Shown here piece by piece: positions 1 to 6,082 of a DNA stretch of 8,906 nucleotides; positions within the stretch are counted from its first letter, which is position 1; every line of letters begins with the position of its first letter. The DNA comes from Leidyana gryllorum EB-2025a (lineage: Eukaryota > Protista > Apicomplexa), in assembly GCA_048772705.1 (NCBI GenBank), contig JBLWGC010000063.1:1-8906 (forward strand), in the 5' to 3' direction. Under the pieces are notes generated by a model. That model was not told the DNA's origin and searched no databases. It saw only the letters and a list, made by a program, of their open reading frames with translations. Made by a program: the position numbers and the translations under genes.

Positions 1-71
1 TCAACGGAGCCGTCGAATGAAAGTGTGTAGCCATCAAGAGAAAGTTCCATTAGAGACACCGGAGACATATT

Positions 72-141
72 GGCCGAGCCGGGAATTGAGCCTGGCTTCG
101 CACGGCCACAACTTGCTGTCCCAACCACTAGACGACTCGGA
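72..141 (-). pseudogene. trnH-GTG: tRNA-His(GTG), degenerate
   Basis: Reverse complement reads tccgagtcgtctagtggttgggacagcaagTTGTGGCcgtgcgaagccaggctcaattcccggctcggcc. His-type D arm and TT-GTG-GC loop, but damaged B-box and anticodon stem. Confidence 0.7.
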
Positions 142-207
142 TAATCTGCAAGTAGCTATCAAGGCAGTGGGGCATCAATCAGGATGAAATGTAACAGGAG
201 CGTTAGA

Positions 208-232
208 TGCTCTCCAAATGAGCTACTCCAGG
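208..232 (-). pseudogene. 5' fragment of a tRNA of unassigned isotype (acceptor strand plus D arm)
   Basis: Reverse complement gcctggagTAGCTCAtttGGAGAGCA is an A-box/D-arm pattern; no downstream cloverleaf. Confidence 0.35.
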
Positions 233-290
233 CCGTCCAACTTCTGTGAGGCTCATCGGATACGCCCCTTTCACGGCCCGGAAGCTCCGT

Positions 291-357
291 ACAGCCATGG
301 TCTACTGCTTACGACGTCTGCTCCGCACGCAGGAAAGAAGGTCCCGAGTTCTATCCT
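291..357 (+). pseudogene. trnV: tRNA-Val-derived pseudogene, 3'-truncated
   Basis: Aligns with Val(CAC) at 8096-8168, with substitutions, a small insertion and no 3' acceptor strand. Confidence 0.75.
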
Positions 358-400
358 GACAAGGATGGGATTTGGATCCACGCCCATTCTCCGCTGCGCC
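357..400 (-). pseudogene. trnL: tRNA-Leu 3' fragment
   Basis: tgacaaggatgggatttggatccacgccc resembles tgacaagagtgggattcgaacccacgccc of Leu at 5618. Confidence 0.5.
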
Positions 401-501
401 GTCACATATGTCCCTGCGAGTGCTACAGCTGTCCGCCAGTGTTTAATTGGCACTGGTGTTCAACGGCGTAGAATTCTAGTGAATCAGCCATGTGCTATGT
501 C

Positions 502-573
502 TGCATCTGCCGGGAATCGAACCCACGTCGGGAGATTCAAAGTCTCCAGTGCTAACCACTACACGACGCAACC
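502..573 (-). pseudogene. trnQ-TTG: Chimeric tRNA: Gln body with TTG anticodon plus Gly(GCC) 3' acceptor strand
   Basis: The 5' part matches Gln at 7961 (anticodon CT-TTG-AA). The 3' end cagatgca is that of Gly at 2580, so the acceptor stem cannot pair. Confidence 0.8.
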
Positions 574-880
574 GGCTCAGCCCATCCCAGAAGAGTCTGT
601 TCCTCAACTGGACACACGCAACACGGGTCTCTACTGACCTCTGAAATATTTTAAGTCGCTCCTGTATAAAGCGTCCAGCGTAGGCGTTGGATTTGGGTGG
701 GACAGAAAGCTCACTTAAATCCTTGAAGCAGTTGCGCTTTTTCTCAAATGCAACCGACAAGGGTGAGATTCGAACTCACGCGGGTGAGACCCAACGGCTT
801 AGCAGGTCGCCGCCTTAACCACTCGGCCACCTTGCCGACAGTGGAACGGGCTACACATTCCATCGGGAATCCCGTGCGAA
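511..880. repeat. Gln-Ser module; other copies at ~5971-6378 and (partial) ~4175-4372
   Basis: Shared spacers such as cctcaactggacacacgcaacacgggtctct and ttgaagcagttgcgct. Confidence 0.85.
755..836 (-). tRNA. trnS-GCT: tRNA-Ser(GCT)
   Basis: 82-nt cloverleaf with long variable arm, CT-GCT-AA loop and G73; one A-C mismatch in the anticodon stem. Confidence 0.9.
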
Positions 881-1056
881 TTGGTAGTGCCCCTTCTCGA
901 TGTCAGTATTTGCCTTTGGAATGACTGCTTGGCGGGGTGGACGAAGATCGGAGTGGCCGGTTCAGTAGCAATCATAAGGCTTTGCTGAACACATCAGTCG
1001 GCTCCTTCGGCTAGTGACTGTTGACCTCAACTCTGAAGCGGTCGCGTATTTCAGGC

Positions 1057-1113
1057 GGCCATAGCGTGAGCCTAATAAGTTCTGAGTCCCCGGTTGGAGT
1101 CCGGGCGTGGCCA
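1057..1113 (+). pseudogene. trnI-AAT: tRNA-Ile(AAT)-like pseudogene lacking the D arm
   Basis: ggcca..gcgtgagc-CTAATAA-gttc, T arm cccggttggagtccggg, 3' cgtggcca. Confidence 0.6.
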
Positions 1114-1214
1114 AGTGAGTGCATCTCTGATACAGCTTCGCCCTGTACCCGAGGAAGGCCCAAGATTCAACGATCAATACGAATGGAATTTTGTTACTAA
1201 GTCCGAGCTTCGTC

Positions 1215-1285
1215 GCCGCCCCAAGTCCGTCGGTAGAGCGCAAGACTTTTGATGGGAGACCGCAGGTTCGGGCAGCGCGAGAAGT
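1215..1285 (+). pseudogene. trnK-TTT: tRNA-Lys(TTT) pseudogene
   Basis: Degenerate copy of Lys at 3794-3866, including its upstream flank. Confidence 0.75.
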
Positions 1286-1299
1286 TCGAGACAGGGAAT

Positions 1300-1371
1300 G
1301 CCTCCTTAGCTTAGGGGCAGAGCATTCGCTTTGTAAGCGAAAGGTCGCTGGTTCGATTCCGGCAGGAGGCT
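1300..1371 (+). tRNA. trnT-TGT: tRNA-Thr(TGT)
   Basis: gcctcct/aggaggc acceptor, ttcgc-TTTGTAA-gcgaa anticodon arm, GGTTCGATTCC B-box. Confidence 0.93.
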
Positions 1372-1403
1372 TCAGTCATTAGCCTAAACATGGTTGCGAT
1401 CAT

Positions 1404-1454
1404 CCGCCCGCATTTTCGGACGGCGGCTTGCACACAGCACTCGGCCATCTTGCC
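1404..1454 (-). pseudogene. trnL: tRNA-Leu remnant
   Basis: cactcggccatcttgcc is identical to the Leu 5' end; internal deletion and lost T arm; same Leu-Asp spacer as 5698-5791. Confidence 0.7.
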
Positions 1455-1533
1455 GAAGTGTTACCCGTTTCCTGTCCGTGAAATCTCAAAATGCGAGGAG
1501 TTCTGGGGTTGGAGGCCGGCGTGTTTACTAGCG

Positions 1534-1605
1534 TCCGAGATAGTATAGTGGTCAGTATTTCCGCCTGTCACGCGGAAGACCCGGGTTCGATTCCCGGTCT
1601 CGGAG
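1534..1605 (+). tRNA. trnD-GTC: tRNA-Asp(GTC)
   Basis: Perfect cloverleaf: tccgaga/tctcgga, tccgc-CTGTCAC-gcgga. Confidence 0.95.
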
Positions 1606-1706
1606 CAGTTCCAGCCCTCACAACTGGTGCAACTCCGATTTTGTCTCAGCTGGTCTGGACTTCATTCGGGATTGTACGAGTGGGAGCCGCGTATAGTAGT
1701 CGACCT

Positions 1707-1778
1707 TGGAGAGACGTGGCATTGAACCCAGGACTTCTTCCAGCCGAAGAAAGAATCATATAACTAGACCAAACAGCC
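1707..1778 (-). pseudogene. trnP-CGG: tRNA-Pro(CGG) pseudogene with a foreign (Ala-like) 3' end
   Basis: The 5' part matches Pro at 4075-4146; the 3' end reads atgccacgtctctcca instead of attcccagaacagccc. Confidence 0.7.
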
Positions 1779-1796
1779 CCCTATGGGTGCCTCAGG

Positions 1797-1860
1797 TACT
1801 GGCAGGTTCCAAACCTGCGACTTCGTGGCTGAGAGACTTACCTCTGATGGCTGAGCTACG
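1797..1860 (-). pseudogene. Highly eroded tRNA relic, isotype uncertain
   Basis: Reverse complement has TAGCTCAG and gtcgcaggtttggaacctgcc at tRNA-like spacing. Confidence 0.45.
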
Positions 1861-1908
1861 ATTATTGGAGTTTGCGAGCAGCTTGCCGGTGCCCAGTCGA
1901 TGCAGTCG

Positions 1909-1980
1909 AGCCTTCAGCCGGAATCGAACCGGCGACTTCTCGCTTACGAAGCGAACGCTCTGCCCCTAAACTAAGAAGGC
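1909..1980 (-). tRNA. trnT-CGT: tRNA-Thr(CGT)
   Basis: Cloverleaf with TT-CGT-AA loop; 7:66 mismatch and one D-stem change relative to the copy at 5436. Confidence 0.85.
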
Positions 1981-2056
1981 AATGGAAGCCGGAGATGACG
2001 AAACAATCGCTATTGACGGAGATTAGTGGAGCACTTTGCTAGAGTAGTTCAATGAC

Positions 2057-2129
2057 TTCCACTGCCGGGACTTGAACCCGGATCATGCGGGTGAAAGCCG
2101 CATATCCTAGCCACTTAGACTACAGTGGA
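2057..2129 (-). tRNA. trnE-TTC: tRNA-Glu(TTC)
   Basis: tccactg/cagtgga acceptor, tgcgg-CTTTCAC-ccgca. Confidence 0.94.
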
Positions 2130-2299
2130 CGAGTGGTTGAGTTGGGGCTTCGGCCGAGAGCCGTACCGTCTTGGAAAACATGGTATGTCGGCCTGATCAA
2201 GTGAGTGGATCTCTGATACAGATTCGGACTTAGTAACCTCTTCCATTTGTATTGATCGTGGAATCTTGGGCCTTCCTCGGGTACGGGGCGAGCTTCCTT

Positions 2300-2371
2300 G
2301 CCGCCCCAACTCCGTCACTAGAGCGCAAGACTTTTGAAGGGAGATCCGCGGGTTTGGGCGGCGCGAGCAGT
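2300..2371 (+). pseudogene. trnK-TTT: tRNA-Lys(TTT) pseudogene
   Basis: Sister of 1215-1285 sharing lesions (gccgccccaa, acttttga..ggaga). Confidence 0.72.
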
Positions 2372-2433
2372 CCCAGTAAAGCTCGCGGAACCGTATGTGA
2401 AGCCACTGGCCGCAAAATGCCAAGTTCGACAGC

Positions 2434-2515
2434 GGCAACTTGCCCGAGTGGTTAAGGGGGTAGACTAGAAATCTACTGGGCCTGGCCCGCGCTGGTTCAA
2501 ATCCAGCAGTTGTCG
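2434..2515 (+). tRNA. trnS-AGA: tRNA-Ser(AGA)
   Basis: 82-nt cloverleaf, gtaga-CTAGAAA-tctac, long variable arm, G73. Confidence 0.95.
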
Positions 2516-2579
2516 TGCGATGTGATCGGAGGGTCAAACACCAACTCACGCATGAAACTCAACCATGTGCCATCTTCTC

Positions 2580-2650
2580 TGCATCTGCCGGGAATCGAAC
2601 CTGGGTCGTCTCGGTGGCAACCACACAGTCTACCACTAAACCACAGATGC
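2580..2650 (-). pseudogene. trnG-GCC: tRNA-Gly(GCC), anticodon stem disrupted
   Basis: Acceptor gcatctg/cagatgc is intact; anticodon stem tgtgg/cgaga is mispaired compared with tctcg/cgaga at 8853. Confidence 0.78.
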
Positions 2651-2790
2651 GTGACATCTCCATTCCTGAATACAAAGCGAAGGGTCTTGACTAGTCCAGG
2701 CCGTCCAACTTAGGCCGATACATAAAAATCAGGCTCATCGGATACGTGGTTCCAGAGACACACGCCCCTTTCGCAATCGGGAAGCTTCGT

Positions 2791-2860
2791 GCAGCCATCT
2801 AGTGGTCACGACGTCTGTTTAACACCCAAAAGGTCCCGAGTTCCATCCTCGGTGGCTGTA
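2791..2860 (+). pseudogene. trnV-AAC: tRNA-Val(AAC), degenerate
   Basis: Val body with TT-AAC-AC loop, 3-nt deletion in the A-box, T-loop GTTCCA. Confidence 0.78.
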
Positions 2861-2912
2861 ACACGCATCGTTCAGGTGAGCATCACGAAATCTAGAGCGG
2901 AAGACGATCTAT

Positions 2913-2984
2913 CTCCGAGGCCAGGAATCGAACCCGGGTCTTCCGCGTGACAGGCGGAGACACTAACCACTATACTAACTCGCA
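2913..2984 (-). tRNA. trnD-GTC: tRNA-Asp(GTC), acceptor mismatches
   Basis: Full-length copy of 1534-1605 with several substitutions; may be non-functional. Confidence 0.8.
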
Positions 2985-3075
2985 CCCTCTGAACACGCCG
3001 GCCTCCAATCCCAGAAGTCTTTCTATTTCGGCTCACGGACAAAAAACGCGTGGAGGGACGAACCAACAACACTGC

Positions 3076-3155
3076 GGCAAGATGGCCGAGTGGTCTAAGG
3101 CGCTGTGTTCAGGCCGCAGTCCGAAAGGGCGTGGGTTCGAATCCCACTCTTGTCA
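3076..3155 (+). tRNA. trnL-CAG: tRNA-Leu(CAG)
   Basis: ggcaaga/tcttgtc acceptor, TT-CAG-GC loop, long variable arm, A73. Confidence 0.95.
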
Positions 3156-3183
3156 GCCGTTGTGTGGGCAGTCGGTCAGCCAC

Positions 3184-3220
3184 TGCTAAGCGAACGCTCT
3201 ACCATTTGAGCTAGTTGTCC
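3184..3220 (-). pseudogene. trnA-AGC: tRNA-Ala(AGC) 5' half
   Basis: Matches 4912-4948 and its flank; T arm and 3' end absent. Confidence 0.75.
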
Positions 3221-3301
3221 CTTGTGCACACTCCATCGCATTTGTTGGTTCTCAACATAGTATGTCTCAATTGTCCTCAGCGGGTTGCACGACCAACAGG
3301 T

Positions 3302-3373
3302 GGCTGTTTGGTCTAGTAGTATGATCCTTCATTAGGGTGCAAGGAGTCCTGGGTTTAATTCCCAGAACAGCAG
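3302..3373 (+). pseudogene. trnP-AGG: tRNA-Pro(AGG), degenerate
   Basis: Pro body, TT-AGG-GT loop, mutated D loop (TAGT) and T loop (GGTTTAATT). Confidence 0.75.
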
Positions 3374-3472
3374 TTTTAGAAGTAACACAGCCACCTCGTT
3401 ACCACTTCGGCATTCAAGGCAATTAACATCTCAAGAATCGCATTCCTGCTCCCTCTTCCATGTTGCAGACTA

Positions 3473-3544
3473 AGCAGTGTAGCTCAGTGGAAGAGTGTTG
3501 GGCTCATAACCCAAAGGTCCGTCGATCGAAACGACGCACTGCTA
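3473..3544 (+). tRNA. trnM-CAT: Initiator tRNA-Met(CAT)
   Basis: A1:U72, GGG/CCC anticodon stem and GATCGAAAC T loop (A54, A60), the hallmarks of eukaryotic tRNAi. Confidence 0.95.
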
Positions 3545-3593
3545 AGTGTGCGCAGGAGGGAAACAGCTATAGAATTGATTGGGTCGTGGCCAA

Positions 3594-3665
3594 AGCCTTC
3601 TGCCGGAATCGAACCGGCGACCTTTCGCTTACTAAGCGAATGCTCTGCCCCTAAGCTAAGAAGGC
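3594..3665 (-). tRNA. trnT-AGT: tRNA-Thr(AGT)
   Basis: Perfect cloverleaf, TT-AGT-AA loop. Confidence 0.95.
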
Positions 3666-3793
3666 AATGCAAGCCGAAGATCACGAGTCAGTCACTATTG
3701 ACGGAGGTTACTGGAGCACATTGTTCCACCACTCAATACTTCCACGGATCCACCCACCGGCAAATAGGGTGTAACTAAGTTTAGAGCTTCCTT

Positions 3794-3866
3794 GCCGCTC
3801 TAGCTCAGTCGGTAGAGCGCAAGATTTTTAATCTTGCAGTCGCGGGTTCGAGCCCCGCGGGCGGTG
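3794..3866 (+). tRNA. trnK-TTT: tRNA-Lys(TTT)
   Basis: TAGCTCAGTCGGTAGAGC D arm, caaga-TTTTTAA-tcttg, GGTTCGAGCC, G73. Confidence 0.88.
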
Positions 3867-3923
3867 CAAATCAATGTCTCTGGGAGTAGTGGAACCGTTG
3901 CCTACAAGCACACTCTGCTGGAT

Positions 3924-3996
3924 TTCCACTGCCGGGACTTGAACCCGGATCGCGCGGGTGAGAGTCGCATATCCTAGCCACTTAGACTACAGTGGA
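3924..3996 (-). tRNA. trnE-CTC: tRNA-Glu(CTC)
   Basis: Cloverleaf with CT-CTC-AC loop; one anticodon-stem mismatch. Confidence 0.87.
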
Positions 3997-4074
3997 CAAC
4001 TTCCTCAGCTGCAGCTTGGACGAGCCGTACCATCTTGAGATGAGATGGAGCGTCGGGTCAACCGACAAGCAACC

Positions 4075-4146
4075 GGGCTGTTCTGGGAATCGAACCCAGG
4101 ACTTCTTCCACCCGAAGGAAGAATCATACCACTAGACCAAACAGCC
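4075..4146 (-). tRNA. trnP-CGG: tRNA-Pro(CGG)
   Basis: ggctgtt/aacagcc acceptor, cttcc-TTCGGGT-ggaag. Confidence 0.95.
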
Positions 4147-4259
4147 GGTGCATCAGACAGTACAATTGACTTGGTATAACGTCCAGCGTGGAGCGAGTTC
4201 GAGTCGGGCAGAAACCTCATTTCAATCATTGAAGCAGTTGCGCTCTCCCCGAATGCTAC

Positions 4260-4341
4260 CGACAAGGGTGAGATTCGAACTCACGCGGTTGAAACCCAAC
4301 GGCTTACCAGGCCGCCGTTTTAACCGCTCGGCCACCTTGCC
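4260..4341 (-). pseudogene. tRNA-Ser(GCT)-derived gene with anticodon changed to GGT (Thr)
   Basis: Body and flanks match Ser at 755 and 6253; loop CT-GGT-AA; D-stem 3' strand ggc changed to aac. Confidence 0.8.
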
Positions 4342-4374
4342 GAGAGTGTAACTGGTTACACCTTCCCTCGGGAA

Positions 4375-4431
4375 GGAAACAATCGGCGACCTTTCGCTTA
4401 CTGAGCGAATGCTCCCCTAGGCTAAGAAGGC
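4375..4431 (-). pseudogene. trnT-AGT: tRNA-Thr(AGT) truncated pseudogene
   Basis: Matches 3605-3665 with a D-arm deletion and lost 3' acceptor strand. Confidence 0.78.
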
Positions 4432-4499
4432 AATGCAGGCCGAAGATCACGAATCAGTCACTGTTGACGGGGATTACTGGAGCACTTCGCTCGAGCAGC

Positions 4500-4572
4500 T
4501 TCCACTGCCGGGACTTGAACCCGGATCATGCGGGTGAGAGCCGCATATCCTAGCCACTTAGACTACAGTGGA
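4500..4572 (-). tRNA. trnE-CTC: tRNA-Glu(CTC)
   Basis: Perfect cloverleaf, identical to 2057-2129 except at position 34. Confidence 0.95.
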
Positions 4573-4683
4573 CAAGTTCCCCAGTTGAGGTCAACAAGAC
4601 GTGGTCCGTCGGGTCAACCTACAACAAAGGGGTTGCAGTAGAAAGTGGAGGGTCCCTCTACTAAGCTCTGCAACATTGTAAGA

Positions 4684-4757
4684 CGTCTTGTGAGCTCAGT
4701 CGGCAGAGCGTGTGGCTTTTGATGACAAGCTCGCAGGTCCGGAACCTAGCAAAACCG
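4684..4757 (+). pseudogene. trnN: tRNA-Asn-derived pseudogene (loop now reads TTT)
   Basis: Paralog of 6430-6502 with the same flanks; stems broken. Confidence 0.65.
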
Positions 4758-4801
4758 GCTTCAGAGGCACAATAGACATTGACTGCGGTGCTCTCCCAAT
4801 G

Positions 4802-4862
4802 GCACTTGTGGTTCGCGACCCTTCAAAGATGACAACGATGGGTTTGAATCCGGCCACGTGCA
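4802..4862 (+). pseudogene. trnG: tRNA-Gly(TCC)-derived pseudogene, D arm deleted
   Basis: gcacttgtgg..gcgacccttcaaa..gtgca aligns with 7256-7326. Confidence 0.7.
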
Positions 4863-4875
4863 GCCGTACGTACTT

Positions 4876-4948
4876 TGGACGACCTGGGCATCGATCCCAG
4901 TACCTCTCGCATGCTAAGCGAGCGCTCTACCATTTGAGCTAGTCGCCC
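4876..4948 (-). tRNA. trnA-AGC: tRNA-Ala(AGC)
   Basis: G3:U70 pair, ctcgc-TTAGCAT-gcgag, GGATCGATGCC T arm. Confidence 0.95.
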
Positions 4949-5036
4949 GTTATGCGGACCCCATCGCATTTGTTGGTTCTCAACATAGGATGACCACTTT
5001 TTAAACTGTCTTCAGCGGGTTACACGAATGGCAGGC

Positions 5037-5108
5037 GGCTGTTTGGTCTAGTGGTATGATTCTTCCGTCGGGTGGAAGAAGTCCTGGGTTCCATTCCCAA
5101 AACAGCCC
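5037..5108 (+). tRNA. trnP-CGG: tRNA-Pro(CGG), slightly degenerate
   Basis: Three substitutions versus 4075-4146, including T loop GTTCCA and G32. Confidence 0.78.
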
Positions 5109-5184
5109 GCTGTGTTGTATCTTGACGCAACCTGCCTGGCAGCATGGTTCTGGGTTCGGGTGATTCCTCGGAGAAAGTCGGAGG

Positions 5185-5257
5185 GGGAGTGTAGCGCAGT
5201 CGGTAGCGCGTAGGTCTCATAATCCTGAAGTCGAGAGTTCGATCCTCTCCACTCCCA
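5185..5257 (+). tRNA. trnM-CAT: Elongator tRNA-Met(CAT)
   Basis: gggagtg/cactccc acceptor, CT-CAT-AA loop, GTTCGATCC. Confidence 0.94.
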
Positions 5258-5301
5258 CGGTCGGAATCGAAACCGCCGACAAACTCATCATGCTACCATT
5301 T

Positions 5302-5369
5302 TGCAGTCGGGAATCGCACACAGGTTATCTCGATGGCAGCGAGCGACTCTTCCACTAGACCACAAATGC
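5302..5369 (-). pseudogene. trnG-GCC: tRNA-Gly(GCC) pseudogene
   Basis: Degenerate copy of the Gly at 2580 and 8853. Confidence 0.72.
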
Positions 5370-5435
5370 AGAACACGATATGGTGAATCTTGTACGTGGT
5401 GACAGCCATTCCTCATAAGCATATCGATGCATCAA

Positions 5436-5507
5436 AGCCTTCTGTCGGAATCGAACCGGCGACTTCTCGCTTACGAAGCGAACGCTCTGCCCCTAAGCTA
5501 AGAAGGC
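5436..5507 (-). tRNA. trnT-CGT: tRNA-Thr(CGT)
   Basis: Cloverleaf, TT-CGT-AA loop; one T-stem mismatch. Confidence 0.9.
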
Positions 5508-5617
5508 AACTTAGCTGGAGAATCATGTGTCAGTTGTATCGACGAAAGTTAGCCGGATGCTACGTGCACGGCGGGCAGTGCTGGGATCCAGTCGCAGGTT
5601 GTCCTGACTACAACGGC

Positions 5618-5697
5618 TGACAAGAGTGGGATTCGAACCCACGCCCTTTCGGACTGCGGCCTGAACACAGCGCCTTGGACCACTCGGCCATCTTGCC
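5618..5697 (-). tRNA. trnL-CAG: tRNA-Leu(CAG)
   Basis: Near-identical to 3076-3155. Confidence 0.94.
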
Positions 5698-5791
5698 GAA
5701 ATGTTGTTGGCTCGCCGCCCCACGCGTTTTCTATCCGTGGAATCTCAAAATGGAAGAACTTCTGGGGTTGGAGGCCGGCGTATCCAGAGCG

Positions 5792-5846
5792 TCCGAGATA
5801 GTATAGCTATCACGCGGAAGATCAGGGTCGATTCCCGGTCTCGGAG
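5792..5846 (+). pseudogene. trnD: tRNA-Asp pseudogene, internal deletion, loop ATC
   Basis: Both acceptor strands are present; about 16 nt of the D/anticodon arm is missing. Confidence 0.8.
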
Positions 5847-5899
5847 CACAGTTCGTTTTTCCGCTTCAGATTTCGTGGTGCTCAGATAAAGTTGCGAGC

Positions 5900-5966
5900 T
5901 ACAGCCACCGAGGATCGAACTCGGGACCTTCTGCGTGTGAAGCAGACGTCGTAACCACTGGACCAT
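5900..5966 (-). pseudogene. trnV-CAC: tRNA-Val(CAC) lacking the 5' acceptor strand
   Basis: Matches 8102-8168; the first 6 nt are replaced by the 3' end of the adjacent Gln gene. Confidence 0.8.
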
Positions 5967-6035
5967 CGCGCCGGGAATGGGAACCCAGGTCGGGAGATTC
6001 AGAGTCTCCAGTGCTAACCACTACACCACGCAACC
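5966..6035 (-). pseudogene. trnQ-CTG: tRNA-Gln(CTG), 3'-clipped and fused to Val
   Basis: Matches 7961-8029; T loop GTTCCCATT; terminal cct missing. Confidence 0.8.
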
Positions 6036-6054
6036 GATTCAGCCTATCCCAGAA

Positions 6055-6082
6055 GAGTCGGTAGAATTGAGTCGGTAGAATT
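6055..6082. repeat. 14-bp perfect tandem duplication (gagtcggtagaatt x2)
   Basis: Directly visible at 6055-6068 and 6069-6082. Confidence 0.9.

Larger units (their letters stand above)
4630..4948. repeat. Asn-Gly-Ala module; second copy at ~6381-6683
   Basis: Shared spacers ttcagaggcac..tagaca.tgactgc and gcagccgtacgtacttt. Confidence 0.85.

Noticed and set aside
450-478. Possible Gly-like 5' fragment gcactggtgttcaacggcgtagaattct
   Set aside because: Too short and divergent to support.
950-1000. SECIS-like hairpin on the minus strand
   Set aside because: No proper tandem GA quartet and no upstream coding gene.
1054-1066. ggcggccatagc resembling a 5S rRNA 5' end
   Set aside because: The downstream sequence fits an Ile-like tRNA relic and lacks 5S internal motifs.
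4802-4862. TCA anticodon (also at 6547-6596) suggesting an opal suppressor or tRNA-Sec
   Set aside because: Derived from Gly(TCC) with the D arm deleted and the anticodon stem broken; no Sec-type long arms.
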